Counted from the first letter of the whole stretch, positions 53,058 through 63,593 are shown. The stretch is DNA of 63,593 bases, filler included, from Chiloscyllium plagiosum (GCF_004010195.1; 5 parts of one record of this genome joined end to end with filler, not necessarily neighbours in it), one strand, 5' to 3'. Notes: generated by a model not told the origin, from the sequence alone. Numbers and translations: made by a program.

Positions 53058-55494
53058 ATAAGTATTATACATGTACAATTACATTTAATGAAGATTATTG
53101 CTGCTAGGTGTGGATTTTATTAAGAATGTTCTGTCCCATGCAGTAATAAGTCACATATTTAAACCTGTGATTTTCCAGGTGGCAAGTCCTTGATCTTAAA
53201 CTTATACAGGGATGAGGAAAACCCCAAAGGTCATTCAGTTGGCTTGTGAACAACTAAAACAGAACATTAACAGAGGCCTGAAAGCAGACAGGGTAAACAC
53301 AGGCAACAAAGAGACTTTGACAAAGTAATAGGAAATAAATTTCAATAAAAGTGGTTGAGTTAAAAAGTAAAAAATCACATCACAATACAAATTGAGGCTA
53401 ACTTTGATGCACTTTGAATCGTATTTCCAAACATCAGCTCATTTAAGAGCTCAATCAGAATGAAGATGTGCTGAATGAAAAATACTGGCACTTTTACCTC
53501 CTGACAAGCAAGTTATTCTATATTGACAAAATGTTGTGAAATTTGTGTTAAGAATGACTAACACAGCTGAATTAATTCTGTTTTTGTTCAGGACCTCACC
53601 AGCATGTAGCACTTTCTGCCTCAGAGGACAAGCTACTAATAAGCACTAGGGGGCTTTTATCAATGCTCTTTTTGAATAAAATAACAAATTAGTTCACTAG
53701 ATGGCTACCAGGAGGGTAAGCAGTTGATTTGACAAGCTTAGCTTATTACTTTGATGTTTTCTTTCTGCTTCTGGGAAAACTCTTTGTACATGATTTGAAT
53801 ATTTCCTGATGACATATGGTGAATAAGAGAGTAGGAATGGTTTGATTGCAAGAGGGACAGAATGAAGAGTCTTTGCTGTATCGCTATACAGCATCCACAC
53901 AATATCACAGCAGCTTATTTAAAAGAGATGACTGAGTGTGGAAACTGAGCTCAAAAATAAACAGAAAGCCCATGTAATATACCACCTAATAATAAAATGT
54001 GCATAATGCTAGTGTGCAGATATGGTTTCTAGACCACGGCAAGCACATAAAATTGTTAGAAGAAGTGACTGACAGGATGAAGAATGGAAATGCCTTTCAA
54101 AGCTGTTCAGATGAGAGAAGGAATTTTAAGTCATCACTCTTGTCTGGCAGTATTGTATGAAGCAATAGATAACTCCAGCACTGATGAAATTAAAGCAGAA
54201 GAACCATTTGTTGCTGTGGGACTGCTGACACATTTCTCAGTATGTTTGGGTCTCAGCCTGATGACAACAACAATACTACCTTATGAGGAAGGCATTGGAA
54301 TACAGTCCATGGTCTATTTCTTTTTCTCAAAACTGTCAAAGTTGCTGTATTATCCAAGAAATTTCAGTTACTAACCAGGTCATAATAATTTAACTTTTTA
54401 AAAAATTTCCTATTGGTCTTTTATTTTGTAATCTGTAAATATTTCTCCTATTTACCTTCCATTTGAAAATCCCCGATGAACAATAGTCAAATTAGCAGCT
54501 ATTACCAACCAACAAACTTAGTTTTCCTGTGAGGTGCCTCTTTGATTTGTATTGGCCCATGATCCAATTTATTCTGGGCTGTGTCTGACTCTGAATGTGA
54601 TCTCCCTTTCCTGACCACATGAAACTTATTGATCAAACATATAGGACTGAGATAAAGAAAAATTTCTTCACTCATTGAGAGTGGTGAGACTGTGAAATTC
54701 TCTACCACATTAAGGCTGTGGTAGGTCAGGAAAGTAAATATATTTAAGAAAGACTTTTCTAGGTACTAAAGGCATCAAGGGGTCAGGGTAGAGAGGAGTA
54801 GTATGATGTTGAGATGAAGACGATCAGACACGACCGTATTGAAGGGAAGAAAAGGTTCAGTGGGCCAAATGGCCTTCTCATGCTCTTATTTTCGATGTTC
54901 CTATATTTCCACAACAGTCCTTATGACATCAAACCAGTGGGTGGTGCTTATGGCACTCAATCAGTATGTGCCCTTTCAGATCCTTTTAGAACCACATACA
55001 ATATTTATCCCCAAGCTTTGCTGCTTGTCACATTATTGTGATATATTTGTTTATATAATTATATTTACCACGATCCTATCTCCTTGCCAAGTCTGACTTT
55101 ACAAATGTAGATGACCTGAATGTTTTAATATTCTCCCTGAATAAGTTCACTTTATACTTGGAAGACTGGTAGCTTGTTGGGCAGAAGATAATTGTCTTTA
55201 ACTCTCTTTCTTATAGCCTAAGCCCTTCAGGTTTCTTTGATCTAGAAGAGCTTAATCTCTTGGATTCTTTTCACACAGCACATCATCCTTGCCAGTTTTT
55301 TGTAGTAAAATCTTTGGACGTTATTGATCTCTTCTTCTGATGGTGTTGTGTGCATCATATCTTCGGTCTTTGTCAGTGAAATTTTTTCTCAATTTGCTTG
55401 CAGATTGCACTGAAGAAGACAGCCTTATTATTTAAAGTTGTTGATCAGTTTGGACTTTCTCTTCCTTCTTCAGCAATCGAACTACTGTTGAAAC

Positions 55495-55615
55495 TAACAG
55501 CAGAAATCTGAAATGATCACAGAGATTGCTGGAGAAACCCAAAAGGTATGGCAGCATTGGTGGAGAGAGAAACAGAGTTGACATTTTGAGTCCAGTATGA
55601 CTCTTCTTCAGAACA
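55495..55615 (-). mobile_element. Penelope family C pseudo-LTR fragment
   Basis: CTGAAGA-A-GAGTC-ATACTG-GACTC-AAAA-TGTC (CpG-decayed hammerhead). Confidence 0.75.
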
Positions 55616-55659
55616 CTTACTAGTTGTTTGGCGAGTGACTGGGAAGTGGCAAAATTCTG

Positions 55660-56520
55660 CATAGGGACAGGAAAAGACCAGACGGGTCATCAAACCTGCT
55701 CCAGCACTCAGATCATGGCTGACCTGCGACCTCAATGCCACTTTCCCACATTATATCCATGCTACTTAATGTCATTAGTCTCCAGAAACCTATCAATTTC
55801 TGTCTTGAATATACTCAATGATTATGCTTCTACAGCCCTCTGCAGTAAATACCAAAGATTACCACCCTCTGGGTAAAAAAAAATCCCTTTTCATTTCCAT
55901 CTCAAACCCTGTCTGCTGAGATTATTTCCCCTGGTTCTTGAGTCACCAACCAGGGAAAACATCCTGTCTACTTCCATCCTGTTACACCCTGTAAGGATTT
56001 AATAAGCTTCAATGAAATCATCTTTCATCCTTTGAAACTCTATGGAATACAGTCCCACTTTCTTCAATCTGTTTTCAGAAAACTATCCTACCACCCCAGG
56101 AGTTAATCTGAACATCCATTGCACTACCTCTATGGCAATTGGACTATAAAATCACAAGACATAGGTGTAGAAATTAGGCATCGAGAGTGCTCCACCATTC
56201 AATCATAGCGATAGGTTTCTCAACCTCATTCTCCCCCTTTCTTCCTGTAACTTTCGATTCCCTCGGAAATCAAGAACTACTGTCTTAAATATACTCAATG
56301 ACGTGGCCACCCCTGCTTCTGTGGCAATGAATTCTATAGATTCACCACTCTCTGGCTAAAGAAGTTTTTCCTTATCTCTGTTCTAAAAGATCTTCCCTTT
56401 ACTCTAAAGCTATGCTCTTGGGTCCTAGTCTCTCCTGCTAATAGAAACATCTTTCAAACATCCTTTCTGTCCAAGCTGTTCAGTATTCTGTAAACTTCAA
56501 TTAGATTCACCCATTCCCTG
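55660..56520 (-). mobile_element. Two stacked CR1 3' ends (55660-56140, 56150-56520)
   Basis: CR1 terminal motifs on the minus strand. Confidence 0.8.
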
Positions 56521-57217
56521 ATACATGACCCTAAGCAATGAGGAACATTTCATTCAGCCAGATTGGGTTGGAAATACTGACCTGACTTATGCTAGAACAT
56601 AGAACATAGAAGAATACAGCACAGTGCAGGCCCTTCGGCCCTCGATGTTGCGCCGATCCAAGCCCACCTAACCTACATTAGCCCACTATCCTCCATATGC
56701 CTATCCAATGCCCGCTTAAATGCCCATAATGAGGGAGAGTCCACCACTGCTACTGGCAGGGCATTCCATGAACTCACGACTCGCTGAGTAAAGAACCTAC
56801 CCCTAACATCTGTCCTATACCTACCCCCCATTAATTTAAAGCTATGCCCACTTGTAATAGCTGACTCCATACGAGGAAAAAGATTCTCACTGTCGACCCT
56901 ATCTAAACCCATAATCATCTTGTACACCTCTATCAAGGCTGAATGTGAAAGATTTGGAGATGGGGCTAAGCAAGTATAGAATGGACAAAGGTACCGCGAA
57001 TCTAGCCATTCAGCTGGCTCCCTCAAAGAGGAAAAAGACTGTTGTCCCAGTAACTGAAGACTTTGAGTCTCAGGTCACAGCTAGCAGCAAACAGAACAAG
57101 AAGAAGCCTGACAAACCACCTCGGTCACTCTGGTTCGAACAGCGAGCCACAAAATTGGAACAGCTCGAGTATTTTGAGGAGGAAACTATGATGGAGGATG
57201 AAGATGATGGTAAATAA
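56520..57217 (+). pseudogene. Unidentified host-gene-like coding fragment split by a CR1
   Basis: Removing 56594-56940 gives one frame: DT*P*AMRNISFSQIGLEILT*LMLNVKDLEMGLSKYRMDKG..PSKRKK..SLWFEQR..EEETMMEDEDDGK*. Not TE-like; has in-frame stops. Confidence 0.6.
56594..56937 (-). mobile_element. Young 5'-truncated CR1
   Basis: (AGAACAT)n tail, open C-terminal frame LIEVYK..TSGHSFKL..FFTQRVV..WNALP; GCT on both flanks. Confidence 0.92.
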
Positions 57218-57353
57218 TAGCAAATCAACATCTTGTTTCTGGTTCAGTTTTAACAACTGTCTATAGGATATGCCCACTGCTCTAAAGTTTCCACCACCTT
57301 CTCTCTTGTTAAGAAATATTCTAACTCCTAAGCACAAGGTAACTCATTTAGCA

Positions 57354-57453
57354 NNNNNNNNNNNNNNNNNNNNNNNNNNNNNNNNNNNNNNNNNNNNTTA
57401 ATTAATTAANNNNNNNNNNNNNNNNNNNNNNNNNNNNNNNNNNNNNNNNNNNN
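57354..57453. other. Artificial contig spacer
   Basis: N44-TTAATTAATTAA-N44. Confidence 0.97.
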
Positions 57454-57697
57454 CCTGCCTAGCTCCTTTTCCACCTATCCACTCCACCCTCTCCTCCCTG
57501 ACCTATCACCTTCATCTCCTCCCCCACTCACCCATCGTACTCTATGCTACTCTCTCCCCACCCTCACCCTCCCCTAGCTTATCTCTCCACGCTTCAGGCT
57601 CTCTGCCTTTATTCCTGATGAAGGGCTTTTGCCCGAAACGTCGATTTTGCTGAAGCTCCTCGGATGCTGCCTGACCTGCTGTGCTCTTCCAGCACCA
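57454..57697 (+). mobile_element. Penelope family A pseudo-LTR in putative ALG5 intron 1
   Basis: Same repeat as 4168-4347, with an intact hammerhead core. Confidence 0.85.
57611..57646 (+). ncRNA. Minimal hammerhead ribozyme motif, family A, intact core
   Basis: CTGATGA (57615-57621), A, GGGC-TTTT-GCCC, GAAA (57635-57638), C-GTC; palindromic ACGT stem III; stem I weak. Confidence 0.72.
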
Positions 57698-57719
57698 AGA
57701 GCACCACTGATCCAACCTG

Positions 57720-58200
57720 GAGCTGTCTGTCGACTGGAAGCTGCCCTGGGAGAGACTGTCACAGCGAGCGGACTCACCAGGAGCAAGACCGTGAGGGCAA
57801 TAGCGACCACCACCAGCAGCACTTCACCGGGATCGAATTCCATTACCCAGGGTCGACAACCGCCAGCGGCTTCTCCCTCCTCCCTAACAACCGCGCGAGC
57901 CTATGACGGCGGGACAACGAGGCGGAAGCGAGCACCCGGCCGGGGAATCGACGAGGGTGCTGCAAGCAGCAAGAGGCTCCCCCTGAGCCGCAACATCGGC
58001 GGCTCCTCTGCCTGCAGCGCCACCCCTCGGCGCCCGCCTACCGTCGCTGCAGCCAAGTACGTGGTTCAACTTTCAGGGCGTGGGAGTGAGCGGAGCAGGA
58101 GCAGGAGCAGGAGCATCTGTGTGCAGTCCGGCCTGTCGGTGTGACCGATGCTGATCTTGGGCTTCACTTTCCCCCGGCTCCCCGTATCCTCCAAGGGCAG
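57720..58200. promoter_or_regulatory. CpG island / promoter of the minus-strand gene
   Basis: High CpG and GC content in a CpG-depleted window; ETS-like GCGGAAG at about 57922. Confidence 0.8.
57778..57843 (-). CDS. ALG5: First coding exon, probably dolichyl-phosphate beta-glucosyltransferase
   Basis: MEFDPGEVLLVVVAIALTVLLL (66 nt signal anchor) then CTG|GTGAGT donor, inside a CpG island. Exon size/phase and head-to-head position with EXOSC8 match the vertebrate ALG5 locus as recalled; sequence similarity alone is weak. Confidence 0.72.
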
Positions 58201-58410
58201 AAATCACACAGGTTATAGTCCAACAGGTGTATTTGAAATCACAAAGAAATTTCTAAGCGCTGCTCCTTCGTCAGGTGCAGTGAGAAAGAAGCGCACAGAA
58301 CTTACAGCCAGAGAGATCAAGGGCAGAGATCATACAAATAGTGCGACTGGAGTGTTGAATAAGTTTCTGCAGGTGACCAAGAGTCTCCAAGGCAGCATCA
58401 ACTCTATTTC
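58200..58410 (-). mobile_element. Penelope family B pseudo-LTR fragment
   Basis: CAGGTTATAGTCCAACAGG..AGCGCTGCTCCTTCGTCAGGTG. Confidence 0.75.
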
Positions 58411-58654
58411 AGACTTGTAACTTGTGTCTTCCAGAGTGAAAACTGAGGCACAATGTTTTTCTTTGCCATTTCCTCATTCTCATGATAATTCTTCCTCCTC
58501 TGGTATGAGGGACCAACAGCTATTATTTATTGTAGCAACTTTCTTCCTTTTTGCATACTATTAAATCCGCTTGCCATGTTTTAAGATCTAGACAACTCTG
58601 ATTCCCCCATACTGGAGACAATATTTGAAGAGATGCTTATATGGGTCACAACGG

Positions 58655-58866
58655 TATCAGAATCGAGAGTGTGGTGCTGGAAAAGCACAGAAGGTCAGGT
58701 GGCATCCGAGGAGCAGGAGAATCGACATTTCAGGCATAAGCCCTTCATCACACGAATTGCCTGAAATGTCGATTTTCCTGCTCCTCAGATGCCGCCTGAC
58801 CTGCTGTGCTTTTCCAGCACCACTCTCAACTCTGATCTCTCGCATCTGCAGTCCTCACCTTCTCCT
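58655..58866. mobile_element. Penelope family A fold-back insertion
   Basis: 58660-58750 is inverted against 58757-58835; the junction lies at the hammerhead stem II. Confidence 0.88.
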
Positions 58867-60809
58867 CATATCGGATCACCAATTCCCACAAGCTACAGAT
58901 ATACGATAGATTGAAGTGTTCAGGGACACCCTCCTGCTTAGTTGAGATTTTGAACAACTGCTCCACTGGTCCCAACTGTTCTCTTAAATTAACATAAAAG
59001 ATGCCAAGGCGTGATTCAGAAAAGTAGAAATCTCCACATGTTAATGCCAAAGTTATTCCCTCAAACAACAATGTAATAACACTGCATTTTTCACTCTGTA
59101 AGAATCGGATGGGTGGAATGTTTGTTCATGAAGGGTATTGCTTTATACTGTTTTCATTTTTCCATTCATGTAAGTTACACCAACAAGTCCAGCATTTATT
59201 GCCTATCTTGAATTACCCTTGAAAAGATGGTGCTGAGTTGTTATCTTAAACTGTTGCAATCCATTTGTTGTCAGTACATCCACAATGACATTACTAAAGG
59301 ACTTTCAGGATTTTATCCCAGCAACAGTGAAGGAAACATTGAGAATATTCCTTCATCCTCTTGACCTGAGCTCAGCAGATGATGGACTGGCCTTGAGGAT
59401 TTAGCAAGTAAGTTATTGCAGAATTCCAAGTTTCTGAACTGCTCTTGTAGCAAAATATATAGAGTTCAGTTTCTGGTCAATATGTCCAAATAATTTTGGG
59501 GGATTCAATAAAAGCAACACCAGCACATTTGGTTAGCACTTCAAACAACAATGCAATGACAATACATTTTTCCCTCTATCAGAGTTAGATATGTGGAATG
59601 TTTGTTAGATATGCGGAATGGTATTGCTTTACACATTTTTCACTTGTTCATTGCTTTAAACAGACAAGTCTTCCATCACTGTCACACAGTGGCAGTAGCG
59701 TTTACATGATGCACTGCGACAATTCACGAAAGTTCCATCAAAAGTACCTGCAACATCCACCTCAGAGAAGGATGAAGCCTAAGCTAGAACGTTGTCCAGG
59801 TCATGTGTGTGGATATAGTGGGAGCAGGCAGCTTGAGGTGGCTGGCGGTGAGAGCGGGAGCAGGCTATCCGGGGTGGCCAGTGGGAAGAGTGGGATTCAT
59901 GAGTCCAGGGTGGCAATGGGGTGAGGGGGGATGTTGAGCCTTTGTGAGGAGTGCAAATCCAGCATGACCAGGCACTTAAGAACTGTGCTGTTGAACTGTT
60001 AACTGTGTTTCTTTGTTTTTCCACTTTTAGTAAGAAGGACTGCAATATTAACTCTTTACCATTGTTTTCCTTATTTGTCTGGTTTGTACCTAAGAATCTG
60101 TACCTAGGTACCTTTGTACCTAAGATAGTGCTGTAAGTGATGACTTGTAAACTTTTCACTGTAATCATGTGAGTATATGTGACAATAAACCTAGTTCAGT
60201 TGAATTCATGTCTGATTCTCACAAATGAAGATCATGCAATCATCAGGGGCAACTCCACTTTGACCAGAGATGGGAGGAAAGGTATTTGACAAAGCAGCTA
60301 AAGGTAGTTGGGCCTAGGACACCATCCTGAAGAACTCCTGCAGAGATATCTTGGGACTGAGATGATTTGTGCTAGTTATGATCTCAATAGTTGGTGCATT
60401 CTGTTCTGTTTACAACAGTCAAATGCTGTAATGTTATCTTGTCCTGACATCTTTTTTAAAAGTGCTCTATTTAGTTTAGTGACAGATAATCTATTGTTAT
60501 CAGCATTATTTGTTGCCATTTCAGTGCAATTAAGGACTACAGTTGGAAAATTCTTCATAAGTTGTCATACATCCAATTCTTTAAATATTATGGTGTTATT
60601 TAGTTGTGATTTAGTTAGGATACAAACTCGATGGGGCAAATGGCTTATTTTCTGCTCCTATGGTGTTAAAACTGACCTTTTCTCACCATAAACTTTAGGA
60701 AGAATACAGTGTTTAATTTAATCATATTAGATGTGCAGTATTTTGAATAAATACAATAATATATATGCAGCGTGGTTAAAAGGAGTTGCAAAATGTTGCT
60801 TCCGGAGGC

Positions 60810-61081
60810 TGCAGACTGCAGTTATCCATCATCGTGCCTGGACTAACCAGTCACATGGTTGCCATTTCCCTTCAGCACATTCAACACTGCAAAATAAAAA
60901 TAAAATAAAGCTTACCACGCGGCCTGGTCGTCGACAACGCGGGGATGCAGACTGCAGTTATCCATCATCGTGCCTGGACTAACCAGTCACATGGTTGCCA
61001 TTTCCCTTCAGCACATTCAACACTGCAAAATAAAAATAAAATAAAGCTTACCACGCGGCCTGGTCGTCGACAACGCGGGGA
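60810..61081 (+). repeat. Perfect 136-bp tandem duplication
   Basis: 60810-60945 and 60946-61081 appear identical (TGCAGACTGCAG...CAACGCGGGGA). Confidence 0.95.
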
Positions 61082-61213
61082 CTGCAGGACAAGAAGGAGA
61101 AAACAAAATCAGCGCAATTCAATGAAGGAAGAAAGCTCGTAAATATTATGGTCTCTTTGAGGAATCTGCGAATCTATATCGCAGGTTCACATGGTTCAGA
61201 AAGAAGGAGAAGG

Positions 61214-61230
61214 ATGGCGGCTGGATTCAA
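61214..61230 (+). CDS. EXOSC8: First coding exon of exosome component RRP43
   Basis: AGGATGG Kozak; ATG GCG GCT GGA TTC AA|GTGTGT = MAAGFK with an intron after nucleotide 17, as recalled for vertebrate EXOSC8; divergent from the ALG5-like exon. Confidence 0.8.
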
Positions 61231-61274
61231 GTGTGTCAGAGGCAGAGGGAGGAGGGGGAGAGAGGGAGTGGGTG

Positions 61275-61374
61275 NNNNNNNNNNNNNNNNNNNNNNNNNN
61301 NNNNNNNNNNNNNNNNNNTTAATTAATTAANNNNNNNNNNNNNNNNNNNNNNNNNNNNNNNNNNNNNNNNNNNN
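61275..61374. other. Artificial contig spacer
   Basis: N44-TTAATTAATTAA-N44. Confidence 0.97.
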
Positions 61375-61692
61375 CTCTCTCTCTCTGTCTCTGTCTCTCT
61401 CTGTATGTCTCATCTTCAGCTCTCTCTCTCTCTTTCTCTCTGCATCTCTTTGTGTCTTTCTGTCTTTGTGTCTCTCTGTCTCTGTGTCTTTGTTCTCTGT
61501 CTCTCTCTTTCTCTCTGTTTGTCTCGTCTTCAGCTCTCTGTCTTCAGCTCTCTCTCTCTGTCTCTCTCTCTCCCTGTCTCTCTCTGTCTCTCTCTCTCTG
61601 TATGTATGTATGTCTTGTCTCCAGCTCTCTCCCTCTCTGTCTCTCTCTGTGTCTCTCTCTCTGTATGTATGTCTTGTCTCCCGCTCTCTCCC
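61375..61692 (+). repeat. (CT)n/(CTGT)n compound microsatellite
   Basis: Directly visible. Confidence 0.95.
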
Positions 61693-61942
61693 ATTTATTT
61701 CAGACTGTGTTTTGTTCCTGAATCTGGCCTCTCTTGTCACAGGTCTCAGGGTCCAGTGTGAATCCTCCATTCTGTGCCCGTTGCTGCCCCCTTGCCAATG
61801 CCTCTACCATCCTCTGTGCATCTGCCCCACCCTCTGTGTTAGAGAATTGAGTATCTACAATCACACCTTCAGATCAGAGAGGAGGACAGGCTGTCAGTGT
61901 TGTTGCCAGGGGCAACGCTGTCACTCAGTTAAACATCGGAGA

Positions 61943-62280
61943 AAGTTAAAAATCACACAACACCAGGTTATAGTCCAACAGGTTTATTTGGGAGCACTAG
62001 CTTTCGGAGCGCTGCTCCTTCATCAGGTGGTTGTGGAGTATAAGAATGTAAGACACAGAATTTATAGCAAAAGTTTACAGTGTCATGTAAATGAAATTAT
62101 ATATTGAATAAAACCTGGATTGTTTGTTAAGTCTCTCATCTTTTAGAATGACCAGGTTGGTTTCAGTTCTTTCTTAAAGTTATATTCTCAAGTGAACTTT
62201 AACATTAGGTGCCACGTCGGCCCAGATAATGCATTGAAGGTGAGAGGTGTGACCCTGTCTGTGCCCCAAATGTTCAGACA
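61943..62280 (-). mobile_element. Penelope family B pseudo-LTR
   Basis: Closely similar to 20100-20372 in reverse. Confidence 0.88.
61994..62030 (-). ncRNA. Minimal hammerhead ribozyme motif, family B, intact
   Basis: Minus strand CAC-CTGATGA-A-GGAGC-AGC-GCTCC-GAAA-G-CTA-GTG; CAC/GTG stem I, palindromic AGCT stem III. Confidence 0.78.
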
Positions 62281-62890
62281 GGGTCAATGCTGAGAAGGTA
62301 ATTTGCCTCATGGGAGAGTCTAGGACCAGAATAAAGGGGCATCAATTTCAGACTGAGATGGGGAGGAATTCCTTCTTTCTGAGGGTTGTGAGTCTTTTGA
62401 ACTCCTTGTCACAGAGAGTCCTTGTGTATATTTAAGGCTGAGAGAGATGCTTGATCACAGCAGCAGAAATGGGTTTGAGCATCCATTAGCAGTGTTCGCA
62501 TCGACCACCGGAGCCAGATTCACCCTGAGGAATCAAATCCAGGGCAGTAATAGCTTGGTGAAGCTCCTAGCCTGTGAAAGGCTGTGAGTAAATGCTGGCG
62601 TGCAGTTTACAGAATCGAGGGGAGCGTAGGCCCAGGAAAAGGAAGTCAAATACAGCTGTTGGGGTAAAGGAATGGCTTGAAGGAGTTTCAAGCCACAATT
62701 GTCATTGCTTGTGATGGTTGGACCATCAGATATTTAACATAATGGGATGGGTATGTAAAATCCCAAGGCATTGTTATCTATGGGCCAAAAGCAAGTGAGT
62801 AGGATTAATGCAGTTTGGTGTTTGTTGGTTAGCACAGCCATGAAGGGCTGAAGGGCCTGATTCTATGTTGTATGACTCCGTGTCATGAGT

Positions 62891-63069
62891 AAAAACAATG
62901 ACTGCAGATACTGGAAACCAGATTCTAGATTAGTGGTGCTGGAAAAGCACAGCAGTTCAGGCAGCAGCCAAGGGTGATGAAGGACTTTTGCCCGAAACGT
63001 CGATTTTCCTGCTCCTCGGATGCTGCCTGAACTGCTGTGCTTTTCCAGCATCACTCTGATCCAGAATCT
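62891..63069. mobile_element. Penelope family A fold-back insertion
   Basis: Inverted arms; 11-bp TSD GTGTCA(T/C)GAGT at 62880-62890 and 63070-63080. Confidence 0.9.
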
Positions 63070-63421
63070 GTGTCACGAGTGTCTCAGTGGATGGTGGGAG
63101 AAGGGAAATTGCTCTGATCTCCTTGGAGTTTGATGTGTGTTGTGGGGTGTTCTATATTTGCCTCATGTTAAATTGGGGATATTAGAATATAAGTTAAATC
63201 TATCTTTGCTCAGTTTAAACCTTTAATTGTTAATAATCTTTGCCTGTTCCTTGAGGACAATAAGTTTGTATTCCACTAGTTACTCTTTGATGACTGAAGA
63301 AAGCTGGTTGACCAATTCTCTGGTGCGAAACCAGTGACACAAGAATAAAAGAACAGAGTATTATTTAAATGGAGAAATGCTGCAGAAAGGGACTGGGGGG
63401 GAGGGATACAGAAAGCTAGCA

Positions 63422-63593
63422 CATAGAGTCATAGAGTCGTAGAGATGGACAGCACGGAAACAGACCCTTCGGTCCAACCCGTCCATGCTGACCGGATATC
63501 CCAACCCAATCTAGTCCCACCTGCCAGCACCTGGCCCATATCTCTTAAAACCTTTCCTATTCATATACCCATCCAAATGCCTCTTAAATGTTG
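63422..63593 (-). mobile_element. CR1 (HER1-like) 3' end
   Basis: (CATAGAGT)n tail; same end at about 51120-51205. Confidence 0.88.

Noticed and set aside
55140..55495. Possible Gypsy integrase tail on the minus strand
   Set aside because: Resemblance too weak to support a call.
57778..57843. SRPRB as identity of the signal-anchor exon
   Set aside because: Similar hydrophobic pattern, but the 66-nt phase-0 exon and EXOSC8 neighbour favour ALG5.
57629..58144. 171-aa plus-strand ORF over the CpG island
   Set aside because: Starts in a PLE repeat; GC-rich antisense of the real exon and promoter.
60810..61081. CRISPR-like array
   Set aside because: Two abutting units with no spacers, in eukaryotic DNA with no cas genes.
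61327..62107. Arg/Glu- and Ser/Leu/Cys-rich ORFs; possible EXOSC8 exon 2; X-box-like GTTGCCAGGGGCAAC at 61902-61916
   Set aside because: ORFs come from the microsatellite; no TVEPLEYY-like sequence found; a single motif is insufficient.

Overview
Vertebrate nuclear DNA, almost certainly a shark or other elasmobranch (HE1/V-SINEs, Deu-type SINE, CR1 LINEs with SGNH-esterase ORF1). It is five contigs joined by 100-bp artificial spacers (N44-TTAATTAATTAA-N44), so linkage across spacers is unproven. Most of it is nested transposon debris: CR1, L2 and Rex/Babar LINEs, one near-full-length decayed L1, two decayed Gypsy internal regions, a Harbinger Myb-like ORF, and many Penelope-like (PLE) fragments. 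Host content: one contig (57454-61274) carries two divergent first coding exons best matching ALG5 (minus, 66 nt) and EXOSC8 (plus, MAAGFK, 17 nt). There is also an unidentified pseudogene fragment split by a CR1. The most striking pattern is three families of PLE terminal repeats, each with a minimal hammerhead-ribozyme core (CUGANGA-stem II-GAAA plus a palindromic zero-loop stem III). Many occur as short fold-back insertions, some with 11-16 bp target-site duplications. PLE hammerheads are known as a class; novelty of these families was not checkable. Gene and family calls are from recognition only, with no searches run; repeat boundaries are approximate unless junction sequences are quoted.
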